A stretch of DNA of 59,130 nt, filler included, from Sphacelaria rigidula (taxonomy: Eukaryota): NCBI GenBank assembly GCA_964200075.2. It is 7 parts of 7 records of this genome, joined end to end, with 100 filler letters (N's around TTAATTAATTAA, not from the genome) between each part and the next. Parts side by side here need not be neighbours in the genome. Positions count along the whole stretch, not along the records: positions 42,309 to 50,669 come from CAXNAA020011391.1; positions 50,770 to 59,130 come from CAXNAA020011392.1; 5 more parts are not named here. One strand, written 5' to 3'. This document shows, piece after piece, positions 48,101 through 59,130 of this stretch (the stretch's first letter is position 1; each line of letters starts with the position of its first letter). A program made the translations under genes and the position numbers. The notes beneath the pieces were generated by a model. The model saw only the letters and a list, made by a program, of their open reading frames with translations, was not told the origin of the DNA and did no database searches.

Positions 48101-50184
48101 CGTGTTATTCGAATACTTCGGAAGTAATTTCGAAAGAGACATTGAAAAAATAAAGATACTCTTCGAAACATGTGTTCTTGGAAGGGCTCATACCACTGCG
48201 AACCATATATGGCAGTTTTCATTAACTGGTTTTTCTAAAGTGCTTTTTTGTTTCTTCGAGACAAGGCTCTTCCTCATTGTGGTATCAACACAAAACACGT
48301 TTCCACCAAAAAAAAGCTTTTTCCACTCACTCTACTTTGTAGATACTCTCGATTAGGGTGTAGCCGACGTCCCCGCAGTACAGGTCATCGGTGTCCCTGT
48401 CGAAGCCACACCTCCAGTGACTGCGGAAGCCTGGTGCGCAGATTTCAGATAGGTCTTTCCGATTGAACAACGGGCGATGGCAAGGGAAGGGAGAGTACGG
48501 CAGGCGAGGATCACAGAATCATTACTTGAGCGTGAAATGCACGGAGATCTCCAAGTGCTGTAGAAACTATCCGATGCATGTTTACGAGTATTCGTTTCTG
48601 TCTAAAGCAATGGCAGGTCCGCCGAAAAGATATGCATACATTTGTCTGTCAACACTCACGGCTCCATCGAATGGAGGCGCATGACGAATTGAAACGATTC
48701 CACTGGTTCCTCTTGACTACCGCACAGAGCCACCGTGTCAAGCCTACAAACATCATGCGACAAGCCTCCAGTCGCAGCACACACTTACTTCCTGGGTAGT
48801 TCCCTGATGGAACTGTATAGCCTGTGCCGTCCGACGGAACCGAAATGCGCACGATGGACCCAAACAATGTATCCGTTCTTTGAGCGTGGTTATAGGGGTC
48901 CTCCTGAGGTCCCGCATCACCGATACTCCAGTAGAGGTCGTGGGAGGCGGCCTGCAGTATTGTGAAGGATGTAGGCAATACCGAATCGGATTTTTGCAAT
49001 TGTAGCCATCAGTTATATATATATATATATGCACAAAAAACAATGTAGTGAAGACATTTTTTTTTCACGTCGCGGGCGTGCTGTTCTTCTATTTCGAGAT
49101 AAAAGCGACAGTGGCCGCAGACTGGAACGTTGGACAGTTCCCTCGCTAACCCCCCCCCCCAAAGGGCGGCGGGGCGGATCTCCACATTTTGACAAGCACA
49201 ACTTAAAAAGCTTCAGACTTGCGGCGTTTGGTATCTCAGTTGATGATCGTGCTTCCTGCGGCTATTCGAGCAGCACCGTGCGCACCCCGGTACCGTGGCG
49301 TGGCTCTAGCCATCGCGGGCCAAGGGTGCGCCCGTAGATCAGGATCTCATCCATTCCCCCCCGGAGGCGTCGTTTCATATTTTGGATAAGCATCATCAAA
49401 CAAAGACGACGCGTTGAGAACTACGCATAGCGCGGTCTGGCGTCTGCGGACTGGAAACGAATCGTTCCGTATGCCCCGCACAAGTACACATACCGCATGC
49501 TATCAAGAATTGGATTGTTTAGCGCAAACGTTTGTTTGAGTGTCGCTCCTGAAGACTTCTTGGGTGAGAGCTCCTGCCTGAACCTCGTGGTCTCCAAAAC
49601 GCTGTTTCGCCAGGCGCGCGGCGGGCCTTTCTTCCCTCTTGCAACCGAAACGTTGTGTCTTGGTCAACGGTCTCGGCCTTCGATAGTTTAACTTCGGACG
49701 ATTTAGCTGGCACACTCGGACATTTCAGTTTCCATGAGCCAGAGGCTTTGGGCAAAGGGAGGGACGGGGGGGTGGCGTGATATCCAGCTACGTGCTAGGG
49801 GGCGCGACATTCGCTGAACATACCAAGACATGTTTACCTTGGGAGCCTTCGTGTGTCGATTCCGACCTAAGGGCGTCGTTGATATAAGCATAAACCATAT
49901 CTCCAGGCGTGGAACTCACGCCTTTGCGCACAAATAAATGCAAGTTGTTCGGCCGCTGTCAACGGACGAAGCTACGAGTCGCACGGGAAGTCCAAATCTC
50001 GGTAGCGAGGTCAAAACCCCTGACTTACGCTAGATCCGTAGTCGGAAGGCTTAAAGCCAAGCCAGCCGCCATTGTGAAGATACTCCGGCCTGGACTCCGA
50101 GGTGAGAAGTACATCTTCGGAGTCGCGAGTGGCGGTCGGGTCACCGCTGACGTACTCGAACTTCGACAGGCGATTCCGTATGAC
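44929..50184 (-). CDS. Glucose/sorbosone dehydrogenase-like (GSDH/HHIP-like beta-propeller) gene, internal exons complement(join(44929..45149,48331..48454,48789..48951,50029..50184)); partial at both ends
   Basis: Phase-consistent GT-AG splicing (0,1,2) gives NRLSKFEY...HNGGWLGFKP...LYWSIGDAGPQEDPYNHAQ...LFGSIVRISV...EICAPGFRSHWRCGFDRDTDDLYCGDVG...CGNNYGW.RFEG...PPIFEYCH...SVIG, the canonical GSDH motif order. Confidence 0.88.
45990..46560 (-). repeat. Dispersed repeat family C (copy 2), intronic
   Basis: Reverse-complement homology to ~2440-2945. Confidence 0.65.
48331..48454 (-). CDS. GSDH-like exon c
   Basis: AAG|(N)LSEICAPGFRSHWRCGFDRDTDDLYCGDVGYTLIESIYKV|GTGAGT, 124 nt. Confidence 0.85.
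48789..48951 (-). CDS. GSDH-like exon b
   Basis: CAG|AASHDLYWSIGDAGPQEDPYNHAQ...VPSGNYPG|GTAAGT, 163 nt. Confidence 0.87.
50029..50184 (-). CDS. GSDH-like exon a
   Basis: CAG|VIRNRLSKFEY...HNGGWLGFKPSDYGSS|GTAAGT, 156 nt. Confidence 0.85.
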
Positions 50185-50321
50185 CTGCCCAACGCATCGG
50201 CAACAGGCAGAATTTGTCATCATGCGTGGGACAGCGGTTTACCGCGAGTTTCTGCGTGCACGATGGGAGATCGGCACATCGAGTGGAGGGGTTTGCAATT
50301 TTTTGTCACATTTCGCCGCCG

Positions 50322-50583
50322 CGCCCAGGTGGTGTAAATGGTCCGACTTTCGCCATTAGGGTGGAGGGAACGAGGGTTCGATTCCCGAGGTGTCGGGTCG
50401 TTCTTCGTGATGTCTGATTTCCACCGTGGAAAGCGTCAGAACGTGGGTAAACAAACTAGTAGACTAAGTTCGACGTGAATTGACGCGGTGCGGGAGTGCT
50501 GACCCAATCCGCGAGACCAAAATTCAAGGTGTGTACCGCGGGAGAGATTGGTTGATCCCTTCCGAACACTGATTCATCCCGAG
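50322..50583 (+). mobile_element. tRNA-derived SINE
   Basis: A-box-like TGGTGTAAATGG (50330-50341) and B-box GGTTCGATTCC (50375-50385), no closing acceptor stem, body homologous to 1-147. Confidence 0.7.
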
Positions 50584-50669
50584 GAGGGGGGAGGGGGGGG
50601 GCGTACTCATTTGTTGCTTGCCTTAGTCATTTTACCATTCACGGGGGGAGGGGGGGGGGGGGGGGGGGG

Positions 50670-50769
50670 NNNNNNNNNNNNNNNNNNNNNNNNNNNNNNN
50701 NNNNNNNNNNNNNTTAATTAATTAANNNNNNNNNNNNNNNNNNNNNNNNNNNNNNNNNNNNNNNNNNNN
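50670..50769. other. Artificial contig-joining linker
   Basis: N44-TTAATTAATTAA-N44, preceded by poly-G. Confidence 0.97.
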
Positions 50770-51875
50770 GGGAATCGAACCCCCCAACTCAACCGTCAAG
50801 TAAGCGAGTCGAAAATCATTCATCTCTAATATGCAGCAGCAGACTCTCCGTGAGGAGAGGAGGATGCAAACAAGTCAAGGCTGGCAGCACGCGGGGATAA
50901 GAGCGCACAATGATTCACGTCCGGACCCACAAGCACGCATGCAGTTGAAGTGCAAGCCATGGTGCACTTATATTTTGAATTTCGTGGTCGCGGATCACTG
51001 TTCGTTTGCTATTTTTTATTCCAAATTTCGTGCCATGAAACGACAAACATGGCATACATCCGCAATATCGATTCGAGGTGTAGTGACCACGAGTACTACT
51101 GTACTGTACTGTACTGTACTGTACTGTACTGTATGTACCTGTACAGCTGTCAGGTGCAGACCCCAATCCTACTGTCATCATGTTCGTGGTCATTTGAGCA
51201 TTTTTGTTATAACTCATTACACTAAAATTGGTATAAACGTAGCCGGTAACGGCAAGCTTCAAATTAACTGGATAAACTGGAGTCCGCATCACCACTTCCA
51301 GTTCAACTCCAGTTTAACTGCAAGCACAAACTGGTCTAGTTCACAGCCCCAAGTATTGGGGGTATAACTCGATTCCATACAAACCGCTTTTCAAACCTGA
51401 TCTTCGCGTTCGATTCTCGAGCTGATGGCGGTTTCAAAGGTTCGATTTGTGACCAGATTGGGTGCAAACTGAGTCGGGAATTCTCATTTTTAGTTTCAGA
51501 ACACTTTGAAGGCCCCTCATTGGCCAAGAAACATCTTCACTACCAGCGCCACGGCAAAAAGAGGCGAGAAAATACGACCATGTCACACTCTTCGCTTGCT
51601 CGTGGCAGTCAACATGATACTAAATATGTTCATAACAGGTCAGTTCTGCGGTCTTTGTGTAGTGGGGAATAAATAATGGACAGTCACCCTGAACCGACCT
51701 GTAGCGTTGTCTTTCGGTATGGAACATGGCACTTGGCACGACATGTGAGCCATGAGAACACACCAACCTCAACAAGAGACAGCAATCATACAACATAAGA
51801 AGCAAGTGCTTCCACGTATGTTTATCGAGCACTATACCATGCGCATGACTTGTCTCTCATTAGCTCCTCGCCCGT

Positions 51876-51905
51876 TCGATACAGTATTGCGCCTTCTCTG
51901 AGCCG
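51876..51905 (+). repeat. 30-bp perfect direct repeat (partner at 52942-52971)
   Basis: TCGATACAGTATTGCGCCTTCTCTGAGCCG is identical at both sites. Confidence 0.9.
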
Positions 51906-51993
51906 TGCTCTACTCACATCATCAGATCAACACGCAAAACTGCACAGCAGTGTATACATCATCTTTCCTATACAGCACTTCAACCCACCAACA

Positions 51994-52694
51994 TATAGTA
52001 CACGTATGTTTTTCTCTCCCTTCGCCCCTTCCACCCTGACCCCTATTTGGTGAAAGATAATAACGGCACACCCATACACTTGTTCAAGTAAAAAATGTGC
52101 GACTCAACAGCAGCTATATATGCCGCACTTTCTCGTTTGACTTGTCAACAGCCCCTGGCAAATTTCAACACCGAGTAATCAAACAACGCTCCCCAAGAGA
52201 CGCGTGCGACGTGTTCATCTAATGGTATATAGTACAAGTATGTTTTTCTCTCCCTTCGCCCCTTCCACCCTGACCCCTATTTGGTGAAAGATAATAACAG
52301 CACACCCATACACTTGTTCAAGTAAAAAATGTGCGACTCAACAGCAGCTATATATGCCGCACTTTCTCGTTTGACTTGTTCAACAGCCCCTGACAAATTT
52401 CAACACCGAGTAATCAAACAATGCTCCCCAAGAGACGCGTGCGACGTGTTCATCTAATGGCATATAGTACAAGTATGTTTTGCTCCCCCTTTGCCTCTTC
52501 CACCCTGACCCCTATTTGGTGAAAGATAATAACAGCACACCCATACGCTTGTTCAAGTAAAAAATGTGCGACTCAACAGCAGCTATATATGCCGCACTTT
52601 CTCGTTTGACTTGTTCAACAGCCCCTGACAAATTTCAGCACCGAGTAATCAAACAATGCTCCCAAGAGACGCGTGCGACGTATTCACCTAAATG
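51994..52694 (+). repeat. Tandem repeat, 3 x ~234 bp
   Basis: Units begin TATAGTAC at 51994, 52228 and 52463 and are nearly identical. Confidence 0.95.
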
Positions 52695-53369
52695 CCAACG
52701 CTTTCCGATTACATGATCCGATGCCGTGATCATACTACACACTAATGTCGCCAGTCGTCTTCATACACTGATTCTACTTTCCCAATCTCGATTTGAAGGG
52801 AAAGGGACGGGGAATGATCTTCCTCTACTTCACTGTGTATACACCGTTTACACCATACAATTTGCGGCACTTCGATTTTCTCAGGCATAATAAGGTTAGT
52901 CAGTTTCTTTCAAGACCAGGTAGACTTTAACGAAAAACCGATCGATACAGTATTGCGCCTTCTCTGAGCCGGCAGCCTGACAGGCATCCTTGACACCTTG
53001 CTATAATAGTCGAGGCGCTTCACCAGCTTGACCGCATGCCATGAGCGCCGACGACTCATTATCACGTCCGGCAGACTTTACAAAAGCCCTGAGTGAACTA
53101 GATAGGCGGCCGGATGCTTTTTGTTCACCACTCCAAGACACTAATCGACTTCACCCACGTCGCGAATGCCAAACGCAGTGTGCATGTGCAACAGACACCC
53201 GGATACCGCCGCAAATTGTTGACGGCCACTGCGGCTGGGGGCGTGAAGCAAGCGACGCACAAGCGACGCACGAGGTGTACGCTGTTACTTCAATCACTGC
53301 CGATCCAACGATTCCGCCAATGTTCTGCCCCCACGTACTCTTCACCCCTGTCGCCGTCGCACTTTGTCT

Positions 53370-54053
53370 TCACTCCTGGGGCCCGTCAACCCCCCACGCA
53401 CTACCAGCCCCTCCGTCTCTCAAGACAACTTTATCACTCCGTCTCATACGCCCTGCCCTGTTGCTGCTACCGCCGTAACCTTGTCCCCCCCCAAACGTAT
53501 TCATGCTCGATTCGTCAATACTGCCGCTGGGGTTGTTGTTGCTGCTGCTGCCGTGACGGTGAGTAGACCTTGCCCAACCATTACGGTCAACGTACCCGTC
53601 TTCACCCACGAAGCGGGATCGCCCAGCAACCGCTGGCGCGGATGAACGGTAGTCCTCCACCTCCGCGCCATGGGCCATGTCCAACGACTCCGACCCTACT
53701 GCATCAAATGGGGGGGCAACAACGGCGACATCATCATCGTCGTCGTCGTCATCATCGTCGTCATCCATGACCTCCACATCTGAGCTTGCCGCCTTTCGTC
53801 CGTCTTGATCGGTGTCAACATTTCCCCATTCCTGCGAATTTGAAAATCTAGATGACGGGCTGTCTCCTTCAGCAGAAGCGTCGCCATCGTCATCCCCATC
53901 TTCGACCTGCCAGTCCTCTTCGCCTCCGTCGGTGTAGTGGTCATCAACGCTACCTCCATATCCGTCATCGACTTCATCCCCATATCCGTCATCGACTTCA
54001 TCTCCATATCCGTCATCGACTTCATCTCCATATCCGTCATCTTCATCCATTGC
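53370..54053 (-). CDS. Putative exon encoding an acidic low-complexity segment with (DDGYGDE) 21-bp repeats
   Basis: Pyrimidine-rich acceptor ...TGTTCATTCAG| at 54054, open frame AMDEDDGYGDEVDDGYG... to TGA at 53370. No recognisable domain. Confidence 0.4.
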   Translation of the reverse strand, partial: AMDEDDGYGDEVDDGYGDEVDDGYGDEVDDGYGGSVDDHYTDGGEEDWQVEDGDDDGDASAEGDSPSSRFSNSQEWGNVDTDQDGRKAASSDVEVMDDDDDDDDDDDDVAVVAPPFDAVGSESLDMAHGAEVEDYRSSAPAVAGRSRFVGEDGYVDRNGWARSTHRHGSSSNNNPSGSIDESSMNTFGGGQGYGGSSNRAGRMRRSDKVVLRDGGAGSAWGVDGPQE

Positions 54054-54625
54054 CTGAATGAACACCGAGGCAAAACGTGAAGAATTACGCAGGGGGTCAC
54101 AAGATACACAGCAAGCGACGCAGGGCAAAAAACGAGCGGAATTTACAGTGAAGATCCCGTCATCGGGTGTCACTCTTCGACAATACTCTCGCTCGAAACT
54201 GAAGTCTGATGATCGTAGACAAGGCCGAGTACTCACGTTAGACGTGCAACAGTACCAAACGCATGTTTGGACAGATTTCGCACTACTGCAGTAGCACGCA
54301 AAACAAACACGAAAGATTTGTACGCTCTTCAGCGCCAACGAAACAAAAGATAAAGCAAAAAGATAATAAAAGCAAGAACGTTGGAAGATCATGTTTCTAT
54401 CTTCATCGTGATAAGAGGAATGATTTTCTGGTGAGTCAATATATTTTTGATTGCTGCGGTGGCGTCGGCAAGAGGGCATGGCACAAAGCCGTTCTCACAT
54501 GAAGCATGACGAATAAATCCGTTCAAAGACAACAACAAAAACGAAACGGTGTGCCAAGTCGCACAAAACACCGTACACAGCAACCAACCATCACAGGCAC
54601 AAGAAAAAAGCACAGAAAATATCCA

Positions 54626-54878
54626 CAGGCACCGTAGGTAAGGTACCGTACCGAGCGTACCCCCGGTATTACCGGGGTATCCCATACCGTGGTATACGTA
54701 GGTATTGTAGGTATGAGATAAATACCGGATTGGGCGGGTAGGGTAGGTATTGGAATTTCAAAATACCGTGGTATCGTAGGTATCGTAGGTATGGCATTTC
54801 AAAATACCGGATTGGGTCGGTATCGGTATGGTATGATATGTCCCAAATACCAGTACCGGGTATCTACTTTACCCTCTA
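54626..54878. mobile_element. MITE-like repeat rich in GGTA/TACC motifs
   Basis: Starts CAGGCACCGTAGGTAAGGTA. The complementary terminus TACCTTACCTACGTTGCCTA and the shared ATGTCCCAAATACC.GTACCGGGTA occur at 56121-56183. Confidence 0.6.
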
Positions 54879-54910
54879 TACCGCATTTCAAACCGTCCAA
54901 GGATCGATGG

Positions 54911-55089
54911 AGTAGAGTATACTCGATTGCGGGGTATTTTGAAAGTCGTACTTGAAGTACACAAATTGGGGGTGGAGTTTCAGGAATCGCTTCTCAGCTA
55001 TTTCTTGGCTACGATTCCCAACACTCTACCCTAACTTGAGCACCCCAAGTACGTGTTTCAAAATGCCCCGCAATTGAGTATACTCTACT
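54911..55089. mobile_element. ~180-bp MITE with 34-bp TIRs
   Basis: AGTAGAGTATACTCGATTGCGGGGTATTTTGAAA pairs with TTTCAAAATGCCCCGCAATTGAGTATACTCTACT (2 mismatches). Confidence 0.8.
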
Positions 55090-58000
55090 TGACCTTCCCT
55101 TGAATCCGTCATCTGGCAGTGCGAAGCGTTTCAGAGCTGGGTGCAAGTTGAGCAGTCGAAGTTTTCATGTGCCCCAGGTTGGAAGTCGCCACCCACCCGA
55201 GCACAATGCACTCCGGACCGAGGGAGAAAACGAGAGCCAACGCGAATGGCAGCTGACGCGACATCCCTGCGCCCATAATATGCTATTGGAGAGATGCGAG
55301 TAGCATGTTATTTGGCCAAGTTTTTTTTTTGTTCTTCACGTGCAATACGTGGGACTGTTCTTCCTTGCTGCTGTCGGACGTTTGCATTGTTTTTCATATT
55401 TTTTATACTCTGCGCCCTGATCACAACTGGATTTGTTGTAATCAGCTGACAGGGTTAGACACCCGATCCATGGATCGATCATGGGTACCGCATGGTGATT
55501 TTCGTGGTTGTTGGCGCGGGTGCAGAGACTACAGCGCTCTGAAAATAGTGCAGTAGTTTGTGCCAAGTTGAAATTGAATGATTCGGTTTTCATTTCGAGG
55601 AGGCAGGGCCCTAATTCCTGGCACCGACGTATTACGTGAGAGCAGGTGCAGTAGTACGCAAGAGTATAGAGGTTGCCCGTCTATGTGCAGTTGTATTTTT
55701 TCATTCAGAGCACCCGGCAATTTCGCAGAATTTACGGTAAAGTAATATGGAAGGTTATTTAATCGGTAATTTGGCTCATTATTGTATATATTGTATGCCT
55801 CCTGCGATCCATGTTTTATTTTCCTCTCTCATTTTCGTTCTTTTTCTGCTTGTTTGCTTGCGCGTGGAATATCATGGCATATGATGACCATCTTCGACAT
55901 GGAACAATGTACACCTTCAAATGATCATCTAATATCTATACCCGCACACCAAAAACATCAGACGGCATAGGAATAATTAATTTGATTTGATCCAAACACG
56001 AAAATCAGGGGGAATCTGGGTATTAATTACCTGTGAAAACAAGACGTGCCTGCTCCGACAGCTTCTGGCCTCAGCGTGAGTTGGCACCAGCTGTTGCATC
56101 CTGGGGAGTGCATAGCGGTCGGTAAATACCGGGGGGATGTCCCAAATACCGGTACCGGGTACCTACCTTACCTACGTTGCCTATGAAGTCTGTGTTGGCT
56201 AGGGAACTACTCTGAGTGCTTCGTACGTCCTCCTCTAGAAGAGGTGAATGATTCCTGAGTGCTACATGGACTCCGGGGATCCCGTAGTCGGCTGGAAACA
56301 GCTGTAGATATTCCTGTAGAGGGCTGCACCTAAGTGTGAGATATCCGCATTTGGTCCGAAACAATCGGTGGGTGGGGAGAAGGGAGAAGGCGGTACAGTT
56401 TCTGGGATAGTGGTCACGGCGAAACCACATAACACGGGATCCTTCAACCGATGATGGAATGCATGGCTGGTCTTTCTCGGCATGTTGATCGTCACGGCGA
56501 AAGCATCTAAAAATATCAGTATGGGCACACTTTGCAGTCAGCATCCCTCGTAGTGTTTGCCTCCTTGTACAGTATACAATCGCGATTCTTAGGTCCCGTG
56601 TCGTCCATCCCCGTCTCCCCACCGTACTGGGCACTGCCTCCCCTCCCCCCGCATCTCTATTGCAGCGTTCACACAGCCTGCAATGTACAAGTCACCCCAC
56701 TATGAAGACATATTGCACAGCTGCAGATAACAGGCTCTACTTCCACTGTCTGCACTGAGTGTACAGTAAGTGCCCAAATGCACACGAGTACAGTGCCTTA
56801 CAGAGTAGACGAACAGTGCAGTACCGCGGCACGTATGGGTGCATGACTATTTCACTCGTGCGATACATGGAACATCTGTTCACTGTAGAACGTATCTGCC
56901 GACCATATGCGGAATACCTGTTCACGTCAAAGCATATGGGCACAGCACACGACCAGTTATCTGTTTGTCCCAAGACGTGTGTGATGAGACGCGTAAAATA
57001 TCTGTCTGGAACATAGGTGACTGGCATAGATGGGATACCTGTTTTTTCATAAGAAATGCACCCGAAATCTATTCACCCGAGATACAAATTTTTCAAACAT
57101 GTATAGGTATTTCGTCATTTCGCAAGAACGTTTCGGAACTTTCTCAAATTTCTGTGAGCTGCTAATAACCGTTTGGAACGATCTCAGATTTACGTGAGTT
57201 TCTGTACATGAAGGCACGATAGGAGCGAAATCAAACGTATACGCCACTTATACCTTTACCGATCGAATAATACGGAATCAGAACGGGTGAGGAGGAAACC
57301 AGATACCTGTCAGTATGAAACTACTCCGCAAACATTGGAAGGTATTCCGCGGATTTCCCCCAACTTCCCATCACGTTGTAAGGTATCCGGCGAGTCTACA
57401 ACGACCTCCCTAAACGTTGACAAAATAATTTTTTCAACCAAAGGTGGCATGCTTCACATCAAACATTTGGAGTAGGAATAGGTTGTTGCGCTCTGACGTA
57501 CGTGTGGGTTATTGATGAGGCATGAACAAGGATGTTTTTTGTCCTCGCTTGCTTCGTGAAATGAAGAGAGCGCACGCTTGAATAGTGAACGCGACCAACG
57601 CAACGCCGCCCGCCCAATCATCAGTGCTGTAGTGCGTCACGGTATTTGTCATACGCTTTTCGGTCTCGCGCTTGCTAGGCACAGCGTGCGATGCTCTCGG
57701 TGACCAGCGTACCGCACAGTAATGTACAGTGAGTGTTCGTTCCGAGACGCAGTCAGTTTGTGCCATTCCGGTCATGAATATTATATGCAACTTTGATGCG
57801 GGTTACCTGTGTAGGCATTTACTATTTCTGATCACAAACTGTGACTTCGGTTTTCCAGCCGCTCACCCCTCACGTGATATCAGGCTGTGTTCGGTTTTTC
57901 ATGTAGCGTCTCCAAACCGACACTTGAATCTAATCCATTCTAGGTCATGCCGGCCAGCGCTTGACGATGCTGCTGCTGCTGTTGTTGTTGTTGTAGTTGT

Positions 58001-58589
58001 TGTTTTCTTCACAATAACAACCGTTCCGATACCTGCGCAGTAGCCTGTGCTGGGCGTCTGGTGCGAACGCCTTCGGTGGGCATAGGCTAACTATCGCAAA
58101 GCAGGGCAAAAGACGATCGCAAAAATGAATCTGACCCAGAAACAATCACTCATACACGAATAATACTGAAGAAAAAAATCGAAAAAATGCCGCTAACCCT
58201 CTTACTTCGGATGCTGTATTCGACCATTGGGGCTACTGAAGGCAGGGCTCATTGGTCCACTCAGCACGCGAAGCCAAAGAGGAAACCAGCCACACTCAGG
58301 GACCAAGATCATCAACCATAGCGATGAGAATCGCAGGGTTTGTACGCCTAAAGGGACAGCTATTTGTACGAATATACTAGACATCACAAACAAAGCACCA
58401 CATAACAAACAAAATCTCATGGGAGGTGCGTGGGAGTCAGCAATTAGTAGCAGAAACAAAGACGAGGGGTGATGCTTGGGAGTCTTACCACCCATGTCCA
58501 GTTCGGTATACGCTGCCTACACATTCTTCCATGTCCACCCTGCTCTCCTCAAAGATCCCGTTCATGCGCAACTATTCGGCTGGCCTCCT

Positions 58590-58815
58590 TCTAGTTCTTG
58601 TGTCAAAAGGTCATAACCTCTACGCTTCCTGCAGTACCCCCAGGTGCCACGGTATCCCCCGTTCCTTCTTCGCTGCTGAGGATCAGAGGGCACTTCCAAC
58701 TCCGAACGTCTCTCGGTTGTCGTCCGTGGAAACGTTCGCGGCTCCGGAAGCTTGAAAATCGTCCCTGAGGCACCTCAGCCAGTCTTTGCTTTGGGCACCC
58801 TGATCCTGGACGCCC
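58590..58815 (-). mobile_element. Non-LTR retrotransposon (RTE-like LINE) ORF C-terminal remnant
   Basis: KDWLRCLRDDFQASGA...TFGVGSAL*SSAAKKERGIPWHLGVLQEA*R with in-frame stops; the W..C..DD...W..AA...W pattern is typical of RTE-clade C-termini. Confidence 0.6.
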
Positions 58816-59130
58816 CCCCCCCTTACGGTCCAGCGAGAACCCGGCGTGCTCCGTCCCGGCTTTGTAGGGGCGGACCCCCGATGGGGTTGGCGTCGGTTAG
58901 CGATGACGCTGTAAAACACGCCACTCACAGCGTAAGCTAGGCAACCAGGTTATCGATTTTGTTTTGCCGCGCTTGCGTTTGTTTTTCCCAGTAAGCATGA
59001 TGGTGATCGAGCTAGATCATGTTGTGCGGCGTGGGAGAACCTCAACTCCAAACAATGGGAATGATCGTACTACGTAGTGGGTCCATGGTGAGACACCCAG
59101 GACGCAGCATATAAGCCGTGGCTTTCTCTG

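Noticed and set aside
54054..54479. N-terminal hydrophobic part of the 369-aa ORF
   Set aside because: T-rich, intron-like sequence ending in a strong acceptor site; probably not coding.

Overview
Eukaryotic nuclear DNA: intron-rich, about 50% GC and repeat-dense. The gene and repeat content best fits a brown alga (Phaeophyceae), which is an inference. The window is not one locus. It is seven size-sorted contigs (3 x 8362 bp, 4 x 8361 bp) joined by artificial 100-nt N44-TTAATTAATTAA-N44 linkers, so nothing should be inferred across the gaps. Well-supported genes: (i) the first five exons of a MOK/LF4-type flagellar MAP-kinase-like gene (+, 10434-15865); (ii) four internal exons of a glucose/sorbosone dehydrogenase (GSDH/HHIP-like) beta-propeller gene (-, 50184-44929); (iii) an intronless 727-aa FNIP-repeat protein (-, 35186-37369) followed by a decayed tail of further repeats. 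Contig 4 is a nested retroelement stack: a decayed Ty3/gypsy-like gag-protease element with a PBS, interrupted by a 258-bp Sola2-like MITE (CCGA target duplication) and abutted by a Ty1/copia RT-RNaseH-PPT-LTR end. The remainder is tRNA-derived SINEs, a LINE remnant, many foldback/MITE elements, an AGCT-rich minisatellite-bearing element and a 234-bp tandem repeat framed by a perfect 30-bp direct repeat. No CRISPR array, rRNA or true tRNA gene was found.
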